Source: Candidatus Thorarchaeota archaeon (GTDB lineage Archaea > Asgardarchaeota > Thorarchaeia > Thorarchaeales > Thorarchaeaceae). From it: a DNA stretch of 64,000 nt. Below, piece by piece: positions 57,019-64,000 of this stretch. The stretch's first letter is position 1; each line of letters begins with the position of its first letter. Under the pieces are notes generated by a model. The model worked only from the letters and a program-made list of their open reading frames with translations, searched no databases and had not been told where the DNA came from. A program made the position numbers and the translations under genes. The DNA lies in NCBI GenBank assembly GCA_016840855.1, contig JAEORO010000069.1:17825-81824 (forward strand), written 5' to 3'.

Positions 57019-57153
57019 GAATTTTCAGCACCCAATCGTTAGATTGTGATCTTTGTATGAACTTGAAGTTGATACCCTTCCTAGACTTGCCTGCTTAGTA
57101 GCCACATATGCAAGTTCTGGTTCACGTTTCATGTCTGTCAACTTCCTTTGGAT

Positions 57154-57227
57154 TGCAACGACCCTCGGATCACACAAACGAGGGCCGCTGCAGAATCTCC
57201 ACCTTAGGAGATTCGGAGATAGGAGAT
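57154..57227 (-). promoter_or_regulatory. Two abutting hairpins in the upstream leader of the MFS gene (candidate cis-regulatory RNA)
   Basis: Minus strand: GAATCTCC/GGAGATTC (8 bp) directly followed by TGCAGCGGCCCTCG/CGAGGGTCGTTGCA (14 bp; the 2 G-U pairs form only on the minus strand). Confidence 0.5.
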
Positions 57228-57539
57228 TTGTTCAGTGTAACTCTAATGTGAAATAGCATTGCTTTATTCTGACACGCTAAAACCGGCGTTACAAAGTGCT
57301 CCAAATGACTGAACACAGATCGTCTTATCCTCACTAGCTAAGCACAGCTTCGCTCTTGAGAGGATACCTGGTTGTGTCATAGTCATCACATCGCCAGTTT
57401 TGGTTTATACAACCAACCATATTTTGTTAATGGTTTGGATATAAACATTATTCTTAAAGCATTATTTTGTATCCTGTACTTAAAATTGCAATTATGTTGA
57501 TATTTCAAACCAATTTTGTGAATATTAGACAGGACACAC

Positions 57540-57683
57540 ATGCGTTTCTACCTCCTGAAGAAGGCGGTTGTGATTGCTTGTGTTGTCATAATCTGTTTCT
57601 TGTTTCTGTTTGTCATTTCGTTACCTCCGATAGGTATATGCATGGATGATAGCCTGAGTTCGACACAGACATCTGTTTGGTAA
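57540..57683 (+). CDS. Possible 47-aa single-TM small protein (below the ORF-track cutoff)
   Basis: MRFYLLKKAVVIACVVIICFLFLFVISLPPIGICMDDSLSSTQTSVW: basic N-terminus plus hydrophobic helix; AT-rich promoter-like tract upstream. Confidence 0.35.
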   Translation: MRFYLLKKAVVIACVVIICFLFLFVISLPPIGICMDDSLSSTQTSVW

Positions 57684-58044
57684 TTTGGATTTGAGATCGT
57701 ATTCAGATGAAGCCATGATTTTTCACACTCCATTATAGGTTGGTCACAAGATATGCTATTTCTGAGACTAACTGACCAGTTCTATGACCACTATGTGACC
57801 AATCACCTTTCATAGATGGATCGGTAGATATCCAGCAGATTTGTTTCTCAATGTGTTCCATGCTCATCACCTTACGACAGTCAAGTAGGCATATGTCAGA
57901 GCCTGGGTTGTAAAAACAGCACCACTTTTGTTCTTCAGCGCAGATATGTTTCGTGAGTTAGTTGTTAGAGCCATGATATTTCACAAGAAATACTGCTCAG
58001 TTTTGGTATATATAGCGGAGCCACGTGAGAGGGTCACGAGAAGG

Positions 58045-58061
58045 AGTCACAATTTGTGACT
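58045..58061. promoter_or_regulatory. Perfect palindrome, candidate operator
   Basis: AGTCACAA-T-TTGTGACT, about 170 nt upstream of hbd and near a TATATATA element. Confidence 0.35.
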
Positions 58062-58230
58062 ATGAATTAATGAAAGGACAGAGCTAGAAACCATTGTCTT
58101 GTATGAGAAAAGAGTATCATATGTTTCAAAAAAACCATTATTCGTAGCAAAACCGACTTGATAGTCAAACATATTTAGCGGCATTGTCGGACCAAAAACA
58201 CACCTAGAATCAATCCAGAGGTAGATCATA

Positions 58231-59112
58231 TTGGAGATTAAGAAAATCGCTGTTTTAGGCGCAGGTCTAATGGGAAACGGAATTGCTCATGTATGTGCGC
58301 AAGCCGGGTATGAGGTCAAGATGCGTGACATAGACCAGAAGTTCATCGACAAGGGATTGTCCACTATCAAGAAGAACTTGGAGAGAGGAATTGCGAAAGG
58401 AAAAATCACTCAGGACGAAGTTGACACAATTCTCACGAGAATCCATGGAGTCTTAGATCTTGAAGATGCGGTCAAGGATGCTGATCTTGTTATCGAAGCA
58501 GTTCCAGAAATTGTCAGTCTAAAGCTCGACATTTGGAAAGAGGTTGATACATTTGCACCAGAACATGCAATTCTGGCTTCTAACACATCTAGTATTAGTA
58601 TCACCCAAATGGCTGCAGTCACAAAAAGACCAGAGAAGTTCATAGGAATGCATTTCTTTAACCCTGTTCCGATCATGAATCTTGTAGAGATTATCAAGGG
58701 ACAAGCCACCAACGATTCAACAGTGCAGATAATTGAGGATGTTTCAAAGAAGATTGGCAAGGAAACAGTACTTGTCAATGAAGCTCCTGGATTTGCAGTC
58801 AATAGACTACTTGTTCCAGCATTGCTTGAGGCTGTATTTGCCATCCAAGAGGGGGTAGCCACCGTTGAAGACATGGATAAAGCGATTCATCTTGGGCTGA
58901 ATTGGCCAATGGGTCCATTAACTCTGCTTGACTTTGTAGGTCTTGATACAACGTTACACATAGCAGATTACTTCTTTGAAGAGTTTAAGGACAGCAAATA
59001 TAGGGCACCAACTCTATTGCGAAAAATGGTACGAGCTGGCTGGTTTGGTAGAAAATCAGGCATGGGTTTCTATGACTACTCCGGCGAAAAACCCAAACCA
59101 AATAGATTCTAA
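58231..59112 (+). CDS. hbd: 3-hydroxybutyryl/3-hydroxyacyl-CoA dehydrogenase
   Basis: GAGLMG.GIA, VIEAVPE, ASNTSS, GMHFFNP, PGF.VNR, PMGP..L.D.VGLD, G.KSG.GFY.Y. Confidence 0.95.
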   Translation: MEIKKIAVLGAGLMGNGIAHVCAQAGYEVKMRDIDQKFIDKGLSTIKKNLERGIAKGKITQDEVDTILTRIHGVLDLEDAVKDADLVIEAVPEIVSLKLDIWKEVDTFAPEHAILASNTSSISITQMAAVTKRPEKFIGMHFFNPVPIMNLVEIIKGQATNDSTVQIIEDVSKKIGKETVLVNEAPGFAVNRLLVPALLEAVFAIQEGVATVEDMDKAIHLGLNWPMGPLTLLDFVGLDTTLHIADYFFEEFKDSKYRAPTLLRKMVRAGWFGRKSGMGFYDYSGEKPKPNRF

Positions 59113-59120
59113 TGGAATTT

Positions 59121-59156
59121 TGACTGGTCTATGTTGACCAGTCATTCTATTCTTTT
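59121..59156 (+). terminator. Hairpin plus T-rich tract after hbd
   Basis: TGACTGGTC-TATGTT-GACCAGTCA followed by TTCTATTCTTTT. Confidence 0.65.
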
Positions 59157-59186
59157 ACATGAACAAAATACTTAGCACCAATCATT

Positions 59187-60053
59187 TTGGAACAAGCAAG
59201 GGTGTTTCTTTTGAAATACAAAGAGAGCAAGTACATTGGATTTGATGGAATTAGGATGTTCTTAGCACTCTGGCGCCCCGATGATGATAAGCCAAGAGCA
59301 CTAGTGATTGCACTACATGGATTGGGCAGTCATGCCGGAGATATGAAGAATATTGGGGAATTTCTCTCGGAGAGAGGAATTGCTGTCTTTGCACCTGATA
59401 TGCGAGGGTTCGGACATTATTCTGGGACAAAAGGACATGTAATGAGTTTTGAAGAGTATGTAGAGGATATTCAAAACTTGGTTATGCAAATAAAAGATCA
59501 ATATCTGAACAAAATAACATACTTATTTGGCGCATCTTTAGGCGGTGTCAACGCAATAAGGTATGTTTTGAGATATCCGAGGGTTGTCGATGGACTTCTT
59601 CTCCAATGTCCAGCTGTGAGCCAGAACCTGAAAATTGGGACTGGAAAACGGTTTGCGGGTAATATTCTCTCTCTATTGAATGTGAAGAGATATGTGGATA
59701 TTGGCATAGATTACGCGGATGTTTCCAGGAGTCCTGAAAATATTGAAAGACTTGAAAGAGACCCGCTTCGAGTCGACATGGTCACTCCTCGGTTTGGCAT
59801 TGAAGCACTGAAAGCATCAAAGGATGCGTTCCAAGCAGCCTCCGATATTACAATGCCAGTGATGATTCAGCAAGCGGGAGCTGATAAATTAGTTATTCCT
59901 GAAAAGACTAAGGAATTCTTTGATGCTCTAAGGTCAACCGATAAGACCTGGATGTTCTACGAAGGTCTCTATCACCAACTTCATGAAGAACCAGAGAAAG
60001 AACAAGTACTTGGAGACCTACATAGCTGGTTAGATAAACGCCTTCCAACCTAA
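59187..60053 (+). CDS. Alpha/beta hydrolase, monoacylglycerol lipase / lysophospholipase family
   Basis: HGLGSH, DMRGFG, nucleophile GASLGG, D in GADKLV, H in YHQL..EP. Confidence 0.9.
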   Translation: MEQARVFLLKYKESKYIGFDGIRMFLALWRPDDDKPRALVIALHGLGSHAGDMKNIGEFLSERGIAVFAPDMRGFGHYSGTKGHVMSFEEYVEDIQNLVMQIKDQYLNKITYLFGASLGGVNAIRYVLRYPRVVDGLLLQCPAVSQNLKIGTGKRFAGNILSLLNVKRYVDIGIDYADVSRSPENIERLERDPLRVDMVTPRFGIEALKASKDAFQAASDITMPVMIQQAGADKLVIPEKTKEFFDALRSTDKTWMFYEGLYHQLHEEPEKEQVLGDLHSWLDKRLPT

Positions 60054-62869
60054 TCTTTTTTTGACTCACGATGGTGCCCAAAAATTATATGCGGCGGGAT
60101 TAAAAGCGCGGGGATACAGGTCACAAGAACGATACACCAGTCAATCAGGTTTATTGGTACGGTTTCAAAGAGCATAGCCAAAGGAGGGAAATAAATTGTT
60201 GCGAGAGTCAAAATAATTGACAAGGCAACAGCACCCATTAGCACCTTTGATTTACGCATTTCAGTCCTCCAGACTGGGTGATACTCATCCCGGCAATTCC
60301 ATACAAACAGTAGTTCAAAGCACACAACACTAGCAAATACTGCAGATCGCCCATGAGTCAAGACATAAGCCCATGAAATTCCAGTTATTGGAGATATGTC
60401 AGAACTCCATATTACAGAGGGACCAGTAATGCCTGGAATCCAACCCCCATATGCCCATAATGACCAAATGAACACACTAATTGATGATATGAATGCAACA
60501 GCACCAGCCGTAACAATGAAAGTAATCATACCACGGTCCATCATTTTAGCGCCGGGTTTCCGAGGAGGTCTATCCATTACTCCAGATTCGGGAGGATCAA
60601 CTCCAAGTGCTAGGGCAGGAAAACCATCAGTGGCGAGATTGAGCCAAAGTATCTGTATCGCGGTTATTGGTAGTGGTAATCCAAGCATCACAACTGTGAA
60701 TATTAGAAATACTTCATCGAAGTTTGCGGCTAGCAAAAACCGAACGAATTTTCTAATGTTGGAATAAATCTCACGACCTTTCTCAACTGCAGAAACAATA
60801 GTAGCAAAGTTATCATCTGTGAGGATAACATCCGACGCTTCTTTCGTTACATCAGCTCCTCGGATACCCATTGCGATACCAACATCTGCAGTTTTAATTG
60901 CAGGCGCATCATTGACACCATCTCCAGTCATTGCAACAACTTGAGAATGTGACTTCAGAGCACCTACAATCTGTAGTTTATGTTCTGGAGCAACTCGAGC
61001 AAATACATTGCAGCGTTGAACTACTTCTTGAAACTTGCTGGGTGCCATCTCATCCAGTTCTGCACCACTGACCACCTCACCATCGACATCAATCAATCCA
61101 ACGTCTCTAGCAATCGCTCGTGCAGTGAGCATATGATCGCCAGTAATCATAATTGGTCGAATTCCAGCTATCTTGCATATTTCTATAGCATCACGAACTT
61201 CTTTTCGAGGTGGATCAATCATCCCAATCAATCCAACAAATATGAGGTTTCGTTCGACTTTTTCTGGTTCCCAATCAGCTAATTCGGATTCTAATGGACG
61301 GTATGCAAACGCTAGAACTCTCAGAGCTGCTTCTGCAAATCCAGCGTTTATGTGGATTATTGATTCTCTCTCTTCGTCAGATAACTCCCTAATATCATCA
61401 TTTTCATAAATATGCGTACAGAGTGGAAGAAGAACTTCAGGAGCTCCCTTTGCATTAGCGACGAGGTTTCCATCTTCATCACGGATGATTGATGTCATTC
61501 GCTTTCTTGCAGAATCAAATGAGATTTCTGTTAATTCGGTATTACGGGACAATGTATCAGCATGAGACAGTCCTGCTTTTTCTGCAAGAACAAGAAGTGC
61601 TCCCTCAGTTGGGTCGCCAACAACACTATAATCGGCTTTTCCTGATGGATCTGGTTGTAACACAGAGTTACAACAAAGCTGCCCAATTTCAAGAAGTCTA
61701 ACGACATGTGGATCTCCCATCACGCCATAATCTTCACTAGCACGCGTAAATTTTCCAGACTTATTATATCCCACCCCAGAAACTGAAATAGTCATTCCAT
61801 TTACGAACATTGTTGTTGCAGTCATTTCGTTCTTTGTGATAGTCCCAGTCTTGTCTGAACAGATTATCGTCGTAGAACCCAGCGTTTCCACTGAGGGGAG
61901 CCTTCTAACAATAGCATTCCTTGCCACCATTCGTTGTACGCCAATTGCAAGGGTTATTGTAACAACTGCAGGTAGACCTTCAGGGATTGCAGAAACAGCA
62001 AGCGCAATAGCAGCTAATAATGCTTCCATGATTGTTTCTGCAGCATTCTTTATGACTTCAGCACCAAAGACAATAATACAGAGAAATATGATGAGTATTC
62101 CAAGTTTCTTACCAAGGTCCTCCAAGTCAATTTGTAGTGGAGTCATGGTTTTTTCGCTACTTTGAACGAGTTCAGCTATTTTTCCAAACTGCGTTCTCAT
62201 GCCTGTTGAAACAACTACAGCTTGGCCCTTCCCAGCAGTGATAGTAGTGCCTTGGAAAACCATGTTTTTCATATCGCCTACAACAGGTTTGCGAAGATGA
62301 ATCGGATCACTCAGCTTTCGAACAGCAACAGATTCTCCGGTGAGTGGAGCTTCATCAGCCGATAAGCCCACAGCATAGATAACTCGTCCATCTGCTGGAA
62401 TAAGGTCACCAGCTTCAAAACCAAGAAGGTCACCGGGTACAACATCGCGAGCATCGATCTCAGTCCAGAGTCCATCTCGCATTGCTCGGGCTTTAGGTGC
62501 TGCCATCTCCTTTAGCGCTTCAAGCGCTTTTTCAGACTTGTATTCTTGCACAAAACCAAAGATGGCATTGAATACCACTATCGCAGAAATGACAAGAGCA
62601 TCAATCACACCGCCTTCATGGTCAGATGCTCCAGCGGATAAAACAGTGGTAAGAAGTGAGATGACAATTGCAATGAGGAGGATGATTACCATAGGATCCA
62701 TAAATTGGTTAAGAAACATACGTAGGGGATTAATTCCCCCAGTTTCAACAAGCTCGTTAGGTCCATATTCCTTTAGCCTAACCCTTGCCTCTTTATTTGA
62801 GAGACCATTAGGTGATGAATCAAGACGTTGTAGTACATGTTCAACGTCGTTACTATACCACTCAGTCAT
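60050..62869 (-). CDS. P-type ATPase, type IIA (probably Ca2+-transporting)
   Basis: LTGES, IPEGLP, DKTGT, GDPTE, KGAPE, MITGD, GDGVND, QILWLNL.TDG.PALALG. Confidence 0.95.
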   Translation of the reverse strand: MTEWYSNDVEHVLQRLDSSPNGLSNKEARVRLKEYGPNELVETGGINPLRMFLNQFMDPMVIILLIAIVISLLTTVLSAGASDHEGGVIDALVISAIVVFNAIFGFVQEYKSEKALEALKEMAAPKARAMRDGLWTEIDARDVVPGDLLGFEAGDLIPADGRVIYAVGLSADEAPLTGESVAVRKLSDPIHLRKPVVGDMKNMVFQGTTITAGKGQAVVVSTGMRTQFGKIAELVQSSEKTMTPLQIDLEDLGKKLGILIIFLCIIVFGAEVIKNAAETIMEALLAAIALAVSAIPEGLPAVVTITLAIGVQRMVARNAIVRRLPSVETLGSTTIICSDKTGTITKNEMTATTMFVNGMTISVSGVGYNKSGKFTRASEDYGVMGDPHVVRLLEIGQLCCNSVLQPDPSGKADYSVVGDPTEGALLVLAEKAGLSHADTLSRNTELTEISFDSARKRMTSIIRDEDGNLVANAKGAPEVLLPLCTHIYENDDIRELSDEERESIIHINAGFAEAALRVLAFAYRPLESELADWEPEKVERNLIFVGLIGMIDPPRKEVRDAIEICKIAGIRPIMITGDHMLTARAIARDVGLIDVDGEVVSGAELDEMAPSKFQEVVQRCNVFARVAPEHKLQIVGALKSHSQVVAMTGDGVNDAPAIKTADVGIAMGIRGADVTKEASDVILTDDNFATIVSAVEKGREIYSNIRKFVRFLLAANFDEVFLIFTVVMLGLPLPITAIQILWLNLATDGFPALALGVDPPESGVMDRPPRKPGAKMMDRGMITFIVTAGAVAFISSISVFIWSLWAYGGWIPGITGPSVIWSSDISPITGISWAYVLTHGRSAVFASVVCFELLFVWNCRDEYHPVWRTEMRKSKVLMGAVALSIILTLATIYFPPLAMLFETVPINLIDWCIVLVTCIPALLIPPHIIFGHHRESKKD

Positions 62870-63024
62870 TTTGAATACTCCGAGTGCGAAGAGAATTCTA
62901 CTCTGAGATGGTTATGAGCGCGGGGCACCTGAACAAAAACCTATCGGAGTTGGTAAAATCACAATTCGAAAATATTAAAGATAATCTGAGAGCGAAATGT
63001 TATTCGAATCAAAAGGTGATCAGT

Positions 63025-63645
63025 TTGTCTGAAAAATCGAAGTATAATTTCAAATGTTTAGAGAGTAAATGCGAAACAAAAGCATGTCATATCAGACCTA
63101 GAGTTGGAGTCACTATTGGCGATCTTGCTCGCTGGATGAATCAGGGATATATAATGAATATCCTTCCGGGCATAGCGATTCACATGCCAGAGTCTGACAA
63201 GGACTCATTCTACTTCGAAACAGGTCGGAAGCCTCTAGCAAGTGATTCAGAATCAACTTCATGCATATTTTATAATGAACAAGCAAATGCCTGTGAAATA
63301 AGATATGGCAGACCAATCTCATGCCAAACATATCCACTCGAATTCAACGGTGAAAAATATACCCTAAGTAGTAAAGACTGTCCGGGTGTGGGACAAGGAG
63401 ATGTGAGTAAGGAGGTACTTCAAGATGCTAGAAAGTTAGCCGAGCAAGAATACAAGGAGCGAATAGAAACCATGGCAGCACTTCCAGCAGTTTACTCTGT
63501 GATGATGAATCAAATGATACGACAGTCAGCGGAAGCGATGCAAAATCTTTCAGAAGAAGACCGCAAGAAGATGGATGAAATCATTACAAAATCAAGAGGT
63601 GAACCAGCAGCTGAAGAGAGTCCATCTAGTGATCAATCAGAATGA
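63025..63645 (+). CDS. YkgJ-family (zinc/iron-chelating, Cys-cluster) protein
   Basis: F.C....C....C, V...D..R, CIFY......C.I...RP.SC.TYP, CPG; start adjusted to the TTG at 63025 after AGGTGA. Confidence 0.75.
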   Translation: MSEKSKYNFKCLESKCETKACHIRPRVGVTIGDLARWMNQGYIMNILPGIAIHMPESDKDSFYFETGRKPLASDSESTSCIFYNEQANACEIRYGRPISCQTYPLEFNGEKYTLSSKDCPGVGQGDVSKEVLQDARKLAEQEYKERIETMAALPAVYSVMMNQMIRQSAEAMQNLSEEDRKKMDEIITKSRGEPAAEESPSSDQSE

Positions 63646-64000
63646 GATCTCGCGGCATGAAGGTTAGTAACTCGGGTCCATTCTCACGTACACAGATCAA
63701 TTCCTCAATTCTTATTCCGAATTTCCCTTCCAGATAGATTCCAGGCTCAATACTATGACACATACTAACCTGTAATTCTTTTGGACTACCTCTAACTAAG
63801 TAGGGAGGTTCATGAACTTCAAGTCCAATTCCATGGCCAAGGCGATGAGTAAAAAATTCACCATATCCAGCATCATCAATTACTCTACGCGCGATACCAT
63901 CAGCAGTTCCACAGGACATTCCTGGTATAATCTGCTTCAGAGCTGTTTCTAATGCTCGAAGCACGGTTGAATACACTCGTTCAAGCACATCCGTCGGGTC
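63626..64000 (-). CDS. Xaa-Pro aminopeptidase (M24), C-terminal part; 5' end outside window
   Basis: FTHRLGHGIGLEVHEPP, SIEPGIY..G.FGIRIEE. Confidence 0.93.
   Translation of the reverse strand, partial: DPTDVLERVYSTVLRALETALKQIIPGMSCGTADGIARRVIDDAGYGEFFTHRLGHGIGLEVHEPPYLVRGSPKELQVSMCHSIEPGIYLEGKFGIRIEELICVRENGPELLTFMPRDLILIDH

Noticed and set aside
62884-63024. N-terminal 47 aa of the YkgJ-like ORF
   Set aside because: Occupies the divergent promoter region; an AGGTGA RBS precedes the TTG at 63025.
1-64000. Selenoprotein or pyrrolysine read-through genes, transposases, integrases, prophage genes
   Set aside because: Recognised genes appear complete at their annotated stops, no convincing in-frame continuation was seen, and no mobile-element motifs were recognised. 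This was a by-eye check only.

Overview
Gene-dense, AT-rich archaeal chromosomal segment, very likely from an Asgard archaeon (Thorarchaeia-like). The assignment is inferred from archaeal housekeeping genes (radA, top6A/top6B, aRF1, pheS/pheT, geranylgeranyl reductase, cofE, single-OB SSB) found together with two Rab-like small GTPases and a roadblock/LC7 protein. The left 28 kb is a catabolic region. It holds an AOR C-terminus, an LLM/F420 oxidoreductase, a mirror-arranged DUF917 / nucleotidyltransferase / metallophosphoesterase / racemase / APC-permease locus, three FAD-oxidoreductases with two CCG Fe-S partners, and a glycyl-radical enzyme co-oriented with KDG kinase and KDPG aldolase. The right 36 kb is mostly core genes. 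Best leads: (1) a glycyl-radical enzyme apparently feeding an Entner-Doudoroff-type kinase/aldolase pair; (2) a Cas4-like Fe-S nuclease split into two membrane-anchored polypeptides; (3) a Top6A/Spo11-family protein fused to two RadA-N-like HhH modules, close to radA; (4) the nucleotidyltransferase/phosphoesterase/DUF917 locus; (5) two unassigned structured-RNA candidates at about 29.3-29.6 kb and 57.15-57.3 kb. No rRNA, tRNA, CRISPR array or transposase was recognised. All family calls come from motif recognition by eye, not from database searches.
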